DNA from: Chiloscyllium plagiosum | Taxonomy: Eukaryota | Direction of reading: 5' to 3' | DNA: 50,150 nucleotides | NCBI RefSeq assembly: GCF_004010195.1 | Contig: NC_057719.1 | Span: forward strand, 19,813,189 to 19,863,338 | Shown: positions 1 to 13,395 of the stretch, piece by piece | Position numbering within the stretch: position 1 is the first letter of the stretch | Layout of the letters: each line of letters opens with the position of its first letter | Position numbers and translations under genes: made by a program | Notes under the pieces: model-generated | Told to the model about the DNA's origin: nothing | Databases searched by the model: none | Seen by the model: only the letters and a program-made list of their open reading frames with translations

Positions 1-580
1 GGCCCTGGTGAGAATGCACCTGGAATATTGTGTGCAGTTCTGGTCTCCAAATTTGAGGAAAGACATTCTGGCTATTGAGGGAGTTCAGCGTAGGTTCACG
101 AGGTCAATTCCTGGAATAGCAGGACTATCATATGTTGAAAGATTGGAGCGACTGGGCTTGTATACCCTTGAGTTTAGAAGACTGAAAGGGGATCTGATTG
201 AGACGTATAAGATTATTAAAGGATTGGACACTCTGGAGACAGGAAACATGTTCCCGCTGATGGGTGAGTCCTGAACCAGAGCTCACAACTTAAAAATAAG
301 TGGTAGGCCATTTAGGACAGAGATGAGGAGAAACTTCTTCACCCAGAGAGTGGTGGCTGTGTGGAATGCTCTGCCCCAGAAGGCAGTGAAGGCCAGGTCT
401 CTGGATTCATTTAAGAAAGAGTTGGATAGAGCTCACAAGGATAGTGGAATCAAGGGTTATGGAGATAAGGCAGGAACAGGATACTGATTAAAGATGATCA
501 GCCATGATCATATTGAATGGTGGTGCAGGCTCGAAGGGCAGAATGGCCTACTCCTGCACCTATTGTCTATTGTCTATTGT
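1..580 (+). mobile_element. CR1/HER1-type LINE, 3' end
   Basis: ORF 8-274 HLEYCVQFWSP...GDLIETYKII is the CR1 ORF2 C-terminus; ends in a (CTATTGT)n tail at ~560-580. Confidence 0.93.
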
Positions 581-769
581 GTTGAACAAGAAGCGCTGAG
601 GACTCCAAAAAGTACAAAATGTACTCTTCAATGTCCACAACTATTGATTGAGTTGGTCAAGTCCTAAAGGGCATTAAGACAAGACTGGATCCATAGCAAG
701 TGATAAAAGATTCAATGAGAGGGAAAAGAACATAAAAACCAATGTCGTAAATTGGAAACATAAACTGAG

Positions 770-866
770 GAACTGTTCTGAGGAAGGGTCACTCCATCTA
801 AAAGGTTAACTCTGATTTATCTCCACAGATGCTGCCAGATCTGCTGAACTTTTCCAGCAATTTTGT
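770..866 (+). mobile_element. Decayed PLE-type 3' end with degenerate hammerhead motif
   Basis: GTT-CTGAGGA-AGGGTC...GTT-AAC followed by CAGATGCTGCCAGATCTGCTGAACTTTTCCAGCA, the same layout as the PLE 3' end at 47067-47159. Confidence 0.6.
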
Positions 867-899
867 TGGGCTAAAAGCATACCTATTTCATCCACACCA

Positions 900-1920
900 G
901 CCTGTTCCCTGCAAATATATCTGTCCATGACAGTATCAGTGGGAGTGATCATCAGACAGGCTTTGTAGAGACAAAGCCTTTTTCTTCACTTTGAGGATAG
1001 CCTCCCTCATACTGTGTGGAACCATCATCATGCTAAATGGGATAAACTTTGAACAGATTCCATCAGCTCAAGCCTGGGCATTCATGAGGTGCTCTGGTCC
1101 ATCAGCAGCAGTAGACCTGTACTCAAACACAATCTGCAACTTCAAGGCATGGCATATTTTCCAATTAACCACTCCCATCAAATCATGGGATCAATCCTGA
1201 TTCATTGAATGATGCAGGAGAACATTACCACTGGGCACCTCTAAAATGAGGTGTCAACTTGGTGAAGCTACAACCCAGGGCTACTCGTGTGCTAAATATC
1301 ATAAGCAGCAAGTGGTAGACAGAACTAATTGATTCGCCAACTGATAGATCAATTCTAAGCTCTGTAATCCTGCCATGTCCAATTGTAAATAGTGGTGGGC
1401 AATTAAACTCACTGGAGGCAATGGCTCCACAGATATTGTCATTCTCAATGATGGAACAGCCCAGCAGGTCAGTTTTAAAGGTAAGGCTGAAGCATTTGCA
1501 ATAATCTTCAGCCAAAAGCGCTGAATGAATGATCCAAGTTTGCATCCTCCTGAGGTCCCCAGCATTACAGCTGTCAGTTTTCAGTCAATTTGATTCTCTC
1601 CACATGATATCAAGCAACAGTAGGAGGCATTTGATACTGCAAAAGCTGCAGGTCATGACTATATTCTGGCACCTGTGCAGAAGATATGTGCTCCAGAACT
1701 TGCCACACACCTAGACAAGCTGTTCCAAAATTGCATCTACCCTGCCAATGTGTGGAAAGTGGTCCACGTATGTCCTGTCCACAAAAAAAAGGGACAAACC
1801 TAACCCAATCAAAACGTTAATATCAGTAAACCAATTAAAGGTATACTTAATCTTCTTAAGGGCAATTAGGGATGGGCAATAAATATTCTCCCAGCCAACA
1901 AAGGCCACATTCTCTGAAAG
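900..1920 (+). mobile_element. Old non-LTR retrotransposon RT fragment (older 'family B', CR1/L2-like)
   Basis: Frameshifted KAEAFAIIFSQK, CAPELATHLDKLFQ, WKVVHVCPVHKK; 3' motif GGGCAATTAGGGATGGGCAATAAAT has related copies at ~2930 and ~26470 (minus). Confidence 0.7.
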
Positions 1921-1960
1921 AAGAAGAAAAGCCTTTTCCTTCTTCAAATTCCAGCCTTTT

Positions 1961-2585
1961 AGAGTCATAGAGTCATAGAGATGTACAACATGGAAACAGA
2001 CCTTTCGGCCCAACCCGTCCATGCTGACCAGATATCCCAACCCAATCTAGTCCCACCTGCCAGGACCCGGCCCATATCCCTCCAAACCTTTCCTATTCAT
2101 GTACCCATCCAAATGCCTCTTAAATGTTGCAATTGTACCAGCCTCGACCATATCCTCTGGCAGCTTATTCCATACACGTACCACCCTCTGCGTGAAAAAG
2201 TTGCCCCTTAGGTCTCTTTTATATCTTTCCCCTCTCACCCTAAACCTATGCCCTCTAGTTCTGGACTCCCTGATCCCAGGGAAAAGACTTTGCCTATTTA
2301 TCCTATCCATGCCCCTCATAACTTTGTAAACCTCTATAATTTCACCCCTCAGCCTCCGACGCTCCAGGGAAAACAGCCCAACCTGTTCAGACTCTCCCTA
2401 TAGCTCAAATCCCCCAACACTGGCAACATCCTTGTAAATCTTTTCTGAACCCTTTCAAGTTTCACAACATCTTTCTGATAGGAAGGAGATGAGAATTGCA
2501 CGCAATATTCCAACAGTGGCCTAAGCAATGTCCTATACAGCCGCAACATGACCTTGCAATTCCTGTACTCAATACTCTGACCAAT
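1961..2585 (-). mobile_element. CR1 LINE 3' fragment
   Basis: Minus ORFs LYRTLLRPLLEYCVQF and FFTQRVVRVWNKLP; (CTATGACT)n tail at 1961-1980. Confidence 0.93.
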
Positions 2586-2594
2586 ATTTATCCA

Positions 2595-2740
2595 TTTGTG
2601 GCTGTGTCTTCAGCTACCTCACCCTAAGCTCCAGAATTCCCTCTCTAAAATAATTCATGTCTCAACCACTTTCCTCTCTCTTGAAATGTACATTATTGTC
2701 CAAGGTATGGTCACCTTTTCTAATATCTCCTCATGAGGTT
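2595..2740 (+). mobile_element. Possible L2 LINE 3' relic
   Basis: GGCTGTGTCTTCAGCT...CCTAAGCTCCAGAATTCCCTC resembles the L2 'AFS..P.LWNSLP' end; heavily decayed. Confidence 0.4.
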
Positions 2741-3033
2741 TCATAACAAATCTTTGAGGACCAATAGAACAACAAGTCACTCCCTGCCTCAGAGTTCAAA
2801 TCCAACTCCAGAACTTGATAACTGAGGAAAGCATATCCATAACAACAGGTTGGACAACAATTTACGGTACTGTCCAACATAGATTATTTTCAAAACTTGT
2901 TCATGGGTTGGGGCACTGCTAATTAAACCAGCATTTATTGCCCATCGCAGATTCCTACTTCAATTGATTGGTTTGGAACAGCTATTTCAGAGAGAAGATA
3001 CAAGTCAGCTGTATTGCTGTGGGTCTGGAGTCA

Positions 3034-4176
3034 TCATGAAGCTAGTGGACCTGTGCCTCACCACCCACTTCACCTTCAACAACATAATCTACAAACAAAC
3101 CAACGGCACACCCATGGGATCTCTGCTATCAGGATTCATAGCAGAAGCAGTAATGAAAAGACTAGAACAAACAGCCCTGCCAATCATCAAACCAAAAGTC
3201 TGGGTCCGCTACGTAGATGACACCTTTGTCATCACAAAACAAAACAAGATAGAAGAGACATTTAACATCATCAACAACACCCTCACCGGCATAACGTTCA
3301 CCAAGGTGGAAGAAACCGACAACAAACTCGCATTCCTGGATGTCACAGTCGAAAGAAAGGACAACGGAGAACTACAAACCCGCGTATACAGAAAACCGAC
3401 AAACACTGACCAAATACTTAACTACACCAGCAATCATCCCAACACACAGAAATGAAGCGGTATCAGAACACTATTCCAATGAGCCACCACACACTGCAGC
3501 ACAGACGAACTTCAGAAAACAGAGGAGAACCACCTATACAACATATTTGAGAAGAAAGGATACTCAAAAAATACAGTCCGCAGATTCCCCAAGAACAAAC
3601 CACAATGAGCAGACCAAACGCAGCCAGAAACCCTAACCACCTTACCATACATCAAAGAAGTTTCAGAAATGACAGCCAGACTACTAAGACCCCTCGGAAT
3701 CCTAGTAGCACACAAACCCACCAACACTCTCAAACAAAAACTAACAAACTTCAAAGACCCAGTACAACCCATGGACAAAACCAACGTCATCTACAAAATT
3801 CCATGCCACAAACACTACGTAGGACAAATAGGAAGAAAGTTAGCCACCTGGATACACGAACACCAGCTAGCCACAAAAAGACACGACCCTCTCTCCCTCG
3901 TAGCCCTACACACGGATGAAAAAAACCACCAATTCGACTGGGACAACGCATCTATCCTGGGACAAGCTAAGAAAAGACATGCCAGAGAATTCCTAGAGGC
4001 CTGGCACTCCAACTACAACGCAATAAACAAATACATAGATCTAGATACCATCTATCAACTCCTCAGAAAACGAACAAGAAATGACATCACCACAAACCCC
4101 AGGAATCCCATCCAGGACAAACACATAAATAGAAAGCAGGAGACAACAGGTTCGCTTCACTTGGACGTCGCCACTG
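3034..4176 (+). mobile_element. Penelope-like element (Penelope/Poseidon-type), 5'-truncated: RT plus GIY-YIG, disrupted
   Basis: GTPMGS...WVRYVDDTFVI...FLDVTV...VYRKPT (RT) and NVIYKIPC..YVGQ.GR..IHEHQ..REFLEAWH (GIY-YIG); in-frame stops. Confidence 0.93.
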
Positions 4177-4499
4177 TCCTTGACTTCCCTTGTCAGCCAT
4201 CGATTTTGTCTAAATGTTTACAATGGTCATGATTAAGTCAGCTCTTTTATTCCAGATTTTCATTGATTTAAATTTCACTGTTTGCCATGATGTGATTTCA
4301 GATCATCAGTCTGGATCTGCAGGATTACTTGCCATTACACCATCGCCTCCTGAATGTGGCATTGCCAGGTGGTAAGAGCCGGAGAGATTCCTAATCAGCC
4401 ATGCGATAGAAGGAAAATTGAAGCTTCTACTATCACTATGTGTAGCTCCTGACTACAACAGGCATGTAAAAAGTGCAGTTTTTCACAGCAACTCAATCT

Positions 4500-4665
4500 C
4501 ATAGAATACCTACAGTGGGGAGGCTGGCCATTTGGCCCATCAAACCTGCACTGACCCTCTAAAGAGCATCCCATGCAGACCAACCACCCCCTCCCCCAAC
4601 CCTACCCCCATATCCTCCATTTCCCATGGCTAATGCACCTAATTTACACATCCTGGACACTATGT
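4500..4665 (-). mobile_element. HE1-like SINE, 3' part
   Basis: Matches the 3' half of the full copy at 38762-39090 in reverse. Confidence 0.75.
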
Positions 4666-5370
4666 GCAATTTATTTAGAAAATATAGAACTTAGAACAGT
4701 ACAGCAGGGTACAGGCTTTTGGTCCCTGATGTTGTGCTGGCTTTCTGTCCTATTCTAAGATCAGACTAACCTACATACACTTCATTGTACTATCTTCCAT
4801 GTGCCTATCTGAGATGTCCCTAATGTATCTAACTCTACGACCACCGGTGGCAGTACATTCATGCACTCACTACTCTCTGAGTAAAGAACCTACCTCTGAC
4901 ATCTTCTCTAAACTTTTCTCCAATTATCTTAAAAAAAGCCCCCTCATGACAGACATTTCCGCCATGGGAAAAGGTCTCTGGCTATCCACTCTATCTAAGC
5001 CTTTCAACTTCTTGTACATCTCTATCAAGTCACCTCTCATCCTTCTTCACTCCAATGAGAAAAGTCCTAGCTCCCTCAACCTTTCTTCATAAAGGCATGC
5101 CCTCCAGTCTGGGCAGCATCCTGGCAAATCTCCTGTGCATCCTCTTTAAAGCTTCCACATCTTTCCTATAATGAGGCGACCAGAACTGAACACAATATTC
5201 CAAATGTGGTTTAATCAGGACTCTATGGATCTGCAGCATAACCTTGTGGCTCTGAAACTCAATCCCCCCACTAATGAAATCCAACACACCATACACCTTC
5301 TTAACAACCCTATCAACATGGGTGGCAAAGTTGAGGGATCTATGGACATGGACCCCAAGATCCCTCTGTT

Positions 5371-5540
5371 AGATTAGATTTTAGATTACATTACAGTGTG
5401 GAAACAGGCCCTTCGGCCTAACAAGTCCACACCGACCCGCCGAAGTGTAACCCACCCATACCCCTACATTTACCCCTTCACCCAACACCACGGGCAATTT
5501 AACATGGCCAATTCACCTGACCTGCACATCTTTGGACTGT
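5371..5540 (-). mobile_element. HE1-like SINE, 5'-truncated, nested in CR1
   Basis: AATCT-type tail; CTGTT repeated at 5366-5370 and 5537-5541; host CR1 resumes after it. Confidence 0.85.
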
Positions 5541-5748
5541 TCCTCCACATTGCCAAGAATCCTGCCTTTAACCCTTATTCTGCATTCAAATGAATCACTT
5601 CACACTTTTTTAGGGTGAACTCCATCTGCCACTTCTCAGCATAGTTCTACATCCTGTCAATGTCCCATTGCAATCTACTACAGCCTTCCAAACTATCCAC
5701 AACTCCACCAACCTTTGTGTCATTGGCAAATTTACTAATCCACCCTTC

Positions 5749-6491
5749 CATAAGACCATAAGACCATAAGACCATAAGACATAGGAGCCGAAATAAGGCC
5801 ATTCGGCCCATCGAGTCCATTCCGCCATTCAATCATGGCTGATGGGCATTTCAACTCCACTTACCCGCATTCTCCCCGTAGCCCTTAATTCCTTGAGACA
5901 TCAAGAATTTATCAATTTCTGCCTTGAAGACATTTAGCCTCCCAGCCTCCACTTCACTCTGTGGCAATGAATTCCACAGGCCCACCACTCTCTGGCTGAA
6001 GAAATGTCTCCGCATTTCTGTTCTGAATTTACCCCCTCTAATTCTAAGGCTGTGTCCACGGGTCCTAGTCTCCTCACCTAACGGAAACAATTTCCTAGCT
6101 TCCAACCTTTCCAAGCCATGTATTATCTTGTAAGTTTCTATTAGATCTCCCCTTAATCTTCTAAACTCCAATGAACACAATCCCAGGATCCTCAGCCATT
6201 CCTCGTATGTTAGACCTACCATTCCAAGGATCAGCCATGTGAATCTCCGCTGGAAACACTCCAGTGCCAGTATGTCCTTCCTGAAGTGTGGGGACCAAAA
6301 CTGGACACAGTACTCCAAATGGGGCCTAACCAGAGCTTTATAAAGTCTCAGTAGCACAACGGCGCTTTTATATTCCAACCCTCTTAAGATAAATGACAAC
6401 ATTGCATTCGCTTTCTTAATCACGGACTCAACCTGTATGTTTACCTTTAGAGAATCCTCGACTAGCACTCCCAGATCCCTTTGTACTTTGT
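5749..6491 (-). mobile_element. Young CR1 3' fragment nested in older CR1
   Basis: Uninterrupted 221 aa ORF (QRDLGV...WNSLP); (TCTTATGG)n tail; near-identical to 19081-19854. Confidence 0.93.
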
Positions 6492-6649
6492 ATTTACACT
6501 TCCTCATCCAAGTCATTTATAAAAATCACGAAGAGCAGAGGTCCCAGAACAGATCCCTGCAGAAAACCACTAGTCATCAAGCTCCAGGCTGAATACTTTC
6601 AATCGACTACCACCCTTTGTCTTCTATGGGCCAGCCAATTCTGTATCCA

Positions 6650-6818
6650 CGAGGTAAAAACATGACTGCAGATGCTGGAAACCAGATTCTGAATCAGTGG
6701 TGCTGGAAGAGCACAGCAATTCAGGCAGCATCCAACGAGCAGCGAAATCGATGTTTCGGGCAAAAGCCCTTCATCAGGAATAAAGGCAGAGAGCCTGAAG
6801 CGTGGAGAGATAAGCTAG
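6650..6818 (-). mobile_element. PLE (Neptune-type) 3' end inserted in CR1
   Basis: Matches 49308-49430 plus an extra ~45 nt tail; host reads CTGTATCCA|GACAGACAGG across it. Confidence 0.85.
6746..6781 (-). ncRNA. Minimal type I hammerhead ribozyme motif (stem III palindrome mutated)
   Basis: AUUC CUGAUGA A GGGC-UUUU-GCCC GAA ACAU C GAUU. Confidence 0.7.
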
Positions 6819-8974
6819 GACAGACAGGTTTCCCTGTATCCCATGCCTCCTTACTTTCTGAATGAGCCTACTATGCGGAATCTTATAAAAACGCCTTGCT
6901 AAAATCCACGTACACCACATCCACTGGCCTACCTTCATCAATGTGTTTTATCACATCCTCAAAGAATTCAATAAGGTTTGTGAGGCATGATGTGCCCCTC
7001 ACAAAGCCATGCTGACTATCTCTAATCAAACTATGGTTTTCCAAGTAATCATTAATCCTGTCTCTCAGAATCCTCTCCAATATATTGCACACCACAGACA
7101 TAAGACTGACTGGCCTGTAATTCCCAGGATTATCCCTATTCCCTTTCTTGAACAAGGGAATAACATTTGCCACCCTCTAATCATCTGGCACTACTCTAGT
7201 GGACAGTGATGATGCAAAGATCATCACCAAAGGTGCAGCAATCTTTTCCCTTGCTTACTGTAGTAATCTTGGGTATATTCTGTCTGGCCCAGGGGACTTA
7301 TCTTTCCTTATGTTTTTCAAAATTTTCAGCACATCTTCTTTCCTAACATCAAACTGTTCTAGCATATCAGCCTGTTTCAAGTTTCAAGGTCCCGCTTATT
7401 TGTGAAGTTAAGAACCTCTCCTACTTCCTCTGACTCCAGGCGCAAGTTCCCTCCACTATCCCTGATCAGCTCTACCCTCACTCTGGCCATCTTCTTGTTC
7501 CTCATATAACTGTAGAACGCCTTAGGGTTTTCCTTAATCCTACTCGCTAAAGCTTTCTCATGCACCATTCTAGTTCTCCTAAGTCCACTCTTCAGTTCCT
7601 TCCTGGCTAGCTGATAACTGTCTAGAGTCCTGACTGATCCTTGCCTCCTCAACTTTAAGTAAGCTTCATTCTTCTTCTTCTTGACTAGATGTTCCACATC
7701 CTTTGTCACCCAAGGTTCTTTCACCCTACCATCCCTTCCTTGCCTCAGTGGGACAAACCTGTCCACCACTACCAGCAAGTGCTTCCTAAATGACCTCCAC
7801 ATTCCTATCGTGCATTTCCCTGAGAACATCTGTTCCCAATTTAGGTGCCCCAGTTCCTGCCTAATAGCATTACAATTCCCCCTCCCCCAATTAAATACTT
7901 ACCCTTACCATCTGCTCCTATCCCTCTCCATGGGTATAGTAAATGCTATGGAGTTGTGATCACCATTATTGAAATGCTCTCCCACCAAGAGACACCTGGC
8001 ATGGTTCGTTGCGAAGCACCAAATCCAATATGGCCTCCCCTCTAGTCAGCCTAACTACATGTTGTATTAGGAACCATTCCTGGACACACCTGACAAAAAC
8101 TGCTCCATCTAAACTATTTGAACTAAGTAAGTTCCAATCATTATTAGGGAAGTTGAAGTCACCCATGACAACAACACTGTTACTTGTACACTTTTCCAAA
8201 ATCTGACTCCGAATTTACTCCTCCGTGTCTCCGCTACTATTGGGGGATCTATTGAAAACTCCCAATAAAGTGATTGCTCCTTTCCAGTTTCTGACTTCCA
8301 CCTATACTGACTCTGTAGACCAACCCACCTCAATAATTTCCATTTCTGCAGCTGTGATACTATCCCTGATTAGTAATGCCACTCCCCCACCTCTTCCTCC
8401 CTATTCCTTTTGAAACATCTAAACCATGGAAAATCCAACAACCATTCCTGCTCCTGTGATATCCATGTCTTCGTAATGGCCACAACATCATCGTTCCAAG
8501 TACTGATCCCTGCTCCGAGTTTGTCACCCTTATTCCTGATACGTTTGAATTGAAATAGACATACTTCAATCCATCGCACTGATTTACCTTTGCCCTTCAA
8601 GTGCTTAACCCTCCTCACAGACTCTCTGCATGCTGTATCTGGCTATTCACTACCTACTCCATCATGTGATCCATAGCTCTGATCTAGTTTAAACCCTCCT
8701 GAACAGTTCCATCAAACCTCCTGCCCAGGATATTGGTGCCCCTCCAGTTCAGATGCAACCTGTCCTTCTTGTGCGGGTCCTACCTTCCCCAGAAGGTATT
8801 CCAACGATGCACATATCTGAAGCCCTCCCTTCTATGCTAGCCCTGCAGACACATGTTCATCCGCACTTGCTCTCTGTTCCTAGCCTCACTAGCACTTGGC
8901 ACCGGTAGCAATTCTGAGATTACAACTCTAGCCTTCTAGCTTCCAACCTAACTCCCTATATTTCCTTTCCAGCA

Positions 8975-9149
8975 AGGTCAGTCCACCGAACATTGCACAT
9001 CCTTGGAATGTGGGAGGAAACCGGAGCACCTGAATGAAACCCATGCAGACACAAGGAAAATTTGCAAACTCCACACACAATCATCTGAGGCTGGAATTGA
9101 ATCTAGGTTCTTGGCACTGTGCTAACCACTGAGCCACTTGTGCTGCCCT
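8975..9149 (-). mobile_element. HE1-like SINE, 5' tRNA-derived part
   Basis: Minus strand GTGGCTCAGTGGTTAGCAC (A box-like) and GATTCAATTCC (B box-like). Confidence 0.8.
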
Positions 9150-9879
9150 CCCTTTGAGAGTTTGTCATCATAGTTGGCTGTTGTGGATCAGATGGGAGCC
9201 AGCAGCACACAAATTTCAACTCCAGTGGGGTAGATCTAAGATCTTCCTCCTTGCCATACCTCTGGTGAAAATCAAAACACTGTGGGTTAGTCTTGTCTTC
9301 AGGCAAAAAACTAAGGGATAAGCTCACATTTCTTTTTACAGTATTAAGGGTGATATTAAATACATGCTCCTGTTGTTGCAAATGCACAGTATTGATCTAC
9401 AAGCTGGGTAATGTATTGTGACTGGCATTATTTCTAGGTGTCTGGGTCTGAAAGTAGCAATATGATTTGAAATATGAACAATGACAGACTGAGTACTATT
9501 TTAAAACAAAATCAATCATTTACTTTTAAGCTTTTCTGTTGAGTAATTATTTTAATTATGGCATTTTATACTTTGATTAATATCTCACTTCAAAATCCAG
9601 CAACTTACCTTTAATAATTGAGAAACATGAATGAAATCCAATCAATTTTCATGATAATGGTTGTACTATATACGTACTTTGGCTGTGAAAGCAGGTGAGA
9701 GGCTGAGATTTCTGAGGCACATAACTCACCTCCTGAATCCCTAAATCTGTGTAAGACATAGGTCAGGAGTGTGCTGAAATCCTATCCACTTGACTGGATT
9801 ATAGCTCCACAAACATGCGAGAATATCCGGGAGAAACAGTGATCAGTGCCCATCAACCACCAACTTCAAAGCTTCAAAG

Positions 9880-10636
9880 CTGTCGAGTAGAATCACTGAA
9901 AATAATGCATCCCTCCCCAATGAGCTCAATGCATTCTCTGCTTAGTTCGAACAGGAGGTCAATGAAATGATGTCACCTGCTCTGACAGCTTTGGGTCCAC
10001 CTGTATGCACAGTCACTGCTGCAAATGTCAGATCTTGAGAATGTACCCATGGAAAGTGATTGGTCTAATGGAATCCCCAGCCATCCACTCAGATCCTGCA
10101 TGGACCAGGTGGTGGAAGTATTCACAGACACCTCTAAACTCTCCTTACTCTGATCTGAGCTCCCACTTGCTTCAACAAGACAACCGTCAGCCCAGTGCTG
10201 AAGGAAAATCAGGCAATGTGTCTTAATGACTACTGCTTGGTGGCTCTAACATTCATCGTTATGAAATGCTTTGAGAGGTTAGTAATGGCACGCATGAACT
10301 CCAGCCTCCCAGATTACCTTGATCCACTACAATTCGCCTATTATCACAACAGGTCCACAGTATAGACACAATATTTCTGGCCTTACGTTCATCCTTGGAA
10401 CATCTGGATAACAAGGATACCTCTGTCAGACTCCTATTGATTGTATCTCTTGCCTTAAACATCATAATTCCAGACAAGTTCATCTCCAAACTCTGAGACC
10501 TAGGTCTGTGCTTCCCCCTTTGCAACTGGAGCCTTGACTTCCTGATGCACAGACTGCAATCAGTAAGGATAGACAACAATACCTCCTCCATGATCAGCCT
10601 CAACACTGGTACCCTGCAAGACTGCATACTCAGCCA
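9880..10636 (+). mobile_element. Rex1/Babar-type LINE RT fragment
   Basis: Translates with frameshifts to [54 protein letters not shown], typical of Rex1 RT. Confidence 0.8.
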
Positions 10637-12439
10637 CCTTCCCAAAGCCAAATAGAGATTAGAAAAATACTGCCCTGCTCAGTGACTCTCACATCCAATG
10701 AGCTAATAAGAGAAAAATCCGTCGCTGCATTTATCACACTTGAAATATCAAGGATGAAATTCAAAATTAAGCTGTTTAGATATCTGACACTAGATGGTGC
10801 TGTTGCACCAGCTGCCACTTCTAATTCCATCACTCAACCATGCCTTCATTTTCTTATTCTGGACAATTAAGCAGCTTGGCATGTTGTTGCCATTGCTGAC
10901 AGAAACATCACCCTTTCAGCTTCATCGCTCATTAGGACAGGTTCCTTTCTGTATCACTATATTACATTTCATGCACACTTGGACTCTTTGCCCATTGGAG
11001 GCCAGGAGCAGCGTCAGCCGATGGAAATCAAGTGGTCGATTTACATCTGCTGAACAATCCTGACTTCGTTTTAAAAGCTCAGCTCAGCTGCTCCACAACT
11101 CAGATAATGGAGCTGGTGAGCTCCAAGCCCAATAATACATAACAGAGCATACTTTCAAATGTACAGGGTTGACCCATCATGATTTAGCAGCTCAGAACTA
11201 AGTAATTACATATCACCGCAAGGTAATATCCAGCAGCTGCTGCACGGATAAAGTCTATAGTTAGACAGGACTTCACAATCCAGAGGGTCAACTTCCATAC
11301 AGATATTGGCAGGAGTGCCGGGGAGGATTACATACCAAAGCTCTGAACATGTTTCTCAACTGCTGCTTTCACATCCCTTCTGAACAGTTTTGCGAACAAA
11401 TTATTTTCATGTCAATAGAGGCATCTTGAATAAAAATAGGTAGAAGTTGTTCATTAAAGGCTCTGAGAGTGATATGAAAATATTTCACTTTTGCCAAGGT
11501 GTAACTTAGAATCTTTTCTGATATTTGTCTTCTGAGCCAATTGTGACAGGGACTGGTGTGAAATGAAGCTTGGAAAAGGACATGAAATAATTATCAAATT
11601 GTTCCATTTTAGAAGAGTGTTTGTGTACTGTATTGTTACCACTTTTGTAAAACAAATTAAAAGTATTCCAACCATATATTGAATGCATTTTATCAATTTT
11701 TGGCCTCAGGCCAAAATAGGTCATTCTATTTAGAAATGCTCAAATTAGCTGATTATTGTTTGTTATGTTTGGAGAGAGTGAGACATTTATAAAATAACAG
11801 ATGAAAAAACAGAGGATATATGAAAGTGGAATTCTTTTGATATAAACTATTCATGAGTGTTTCATCCAAGTAACATTTCAATTAATGATGAGGGTTTACT
11901 TTCATATTAAAAATATTGTGTTTCATGGAGAATGGGGTACAAAATAGAAGGTGTACCAGAGCGGTCAGCAAACACCAGTGCTAAAATGGATCTTCTACCG
12001 CTCTCAAAGAGGCTTATTGTTTGCTGGTTAATGTCTTGCACATTGCAGGAAAATGTCAAGCCCCTTTCATTATGTAAATTGAGATTTTATGGCATACATA
12101 GGGCTAATTGCGATTGGTGGTAGTATGCAGTTTTGGATTATAGCCAAAGAGGCCCCGAAAAAGTAAACTTGTTTTACTGGAGTCAAAAGGCATTGCAGTA
12201 CAACATAAAAGACCTGAGATACAACTGCTCCTCCAAAAGCTTATAAACCCCAATCCCAGTTTCTTCCACCACCCAGACTGGTCCGATCCTCAAAAAATTA
12301 AAATTGTGGTCCTTGTAAATTATTGACTAAATGCTAGCTATCCCTCGATGGGCATAAGTGCCAAGTTTTAAGTTCAGAGCTCTGTCTTCTTTGGCACGGA
12401 TGAATCTATAGCACCTGGTCATCACAGTAGGAGCACGGT

Positions 12440-12640
12440 AAAGGGTTGTGAATCTGTGGAATTCCCTGCACAGTGAAGCAGTTGATGCTAAAGCAAGGAT
12501 TGATAGATCTTTCTACAGGAAAGGAATTTAGGGTTATGGTGAGTGGGTGGCTAAGTGGAGACGGGTCCCTGAAAAGATCAACCATGATCTTATTGAACAG
12601 TGGAGCAGGCTTGATAGGCCAGATGTCTTACTCTGGATTT
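12440..12640 (+). mobile_element. Decayed CR1 3' end
   Basis: AGGGTTGTGAATCTGTGGAATTCCCTGC (RVVNLWNSL) plus a 3'UTR resembling 430-560. Confidence 0.65.
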
Positions 12641-12789
12641 AACAGCTACATCAGAACAATACATTATTGGGAAGATGTTATATATGACACCTTTGATACA
12701 TAGGTTATCATCAATCTCATCACTGATTCTTTTTATCATCCTGCTATTAGTTCCATTTCCACACCCATCTTCTGAATCATCAATATCTG

Positions 12790-13395
12790 CTCATAATCTA
12801 CAAGACACAAGTCAGGATGGCACAGTGATGGAATACTCCCCATTGGCCGAGATGGGAGCAACTCCACCAACACTCAAGAAGCTTGACATCAGCCAGGACA
12901 AAGCAGTTCACTTGATTAGCTCCCCATCCACCAACTTCTATCTTCACACCATTCACCAGTGATGCACAGTAGCAAAAGTGTGTATCATCTACAAGATGCA
13001 CAACAATAGCACACTAAGGCTACTGATACAGCATCTTCTAAATCCATAACCTCTAGCTTGTGGCACGGGGAGTAATCCAGATCTTACTACCTTCAAGGAC
13101 CTGCTTTTTAAATTCCTGCCTAACTTTATTTATTCTCCCTTTAGAATCTAATTCTTTTTCCTTCCCATGTCATTAGTTCCAATGTATAACATGGCCTCCT
13201 GCTGATCCTACTCCCCTTTGGAATATTCTGCACTGTCTCCAAGATATCCTTGATCCTGGCTCTGGGGAGGCAACACACCATTCTGATTTCTCGCCGTCAG
13301 CCGCAGAAACGTCTGGAGAAACAAAAGCAGCAGATACACAGAAAGACCGCCATCTACAAATTTGACTTGAGACCACACACCAGTCTTACCTGGAA
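12790..13395 (+). mobile_element. Old family-B LINE 3' region, first part (appears to continue at 23599-23765)
   Basis: QVRMAQ/MEYSPLA..GATPPTLKKLDISQDKAVHLI; resumes at 13315 after an inverted insert. Confidence 0.65.
13051..13314 (-). mobile_element. Isolated inverted CR1 ORF1 (esterase region) fragment
   Basis: Reverse complement of ~14364-14630 with scattered differences. Confidence 0.85.

Larger units (their letters stand above)
4684..8960 (-). mobile_element. Long CR1 LINE (ORF1 remnant, APE endonuclease, RT), disrupted, with three nested insertions
   Basis: Minus ORFs VVVMGDFNFP, AILDLVL, GNYRPVSL..SQHGF..YVDFSKAF, SKFANDTK, HLEYCVQFW; GTTCTA-type tail at 4684-4697. Confidence 0.92.

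Noticed and set aside
9609..9682. Minus-strand exon with AAG|GTAAGT donor
   Set aside because: Stops in all three frames, and the acceptor comes from an adjacent LINE fragment
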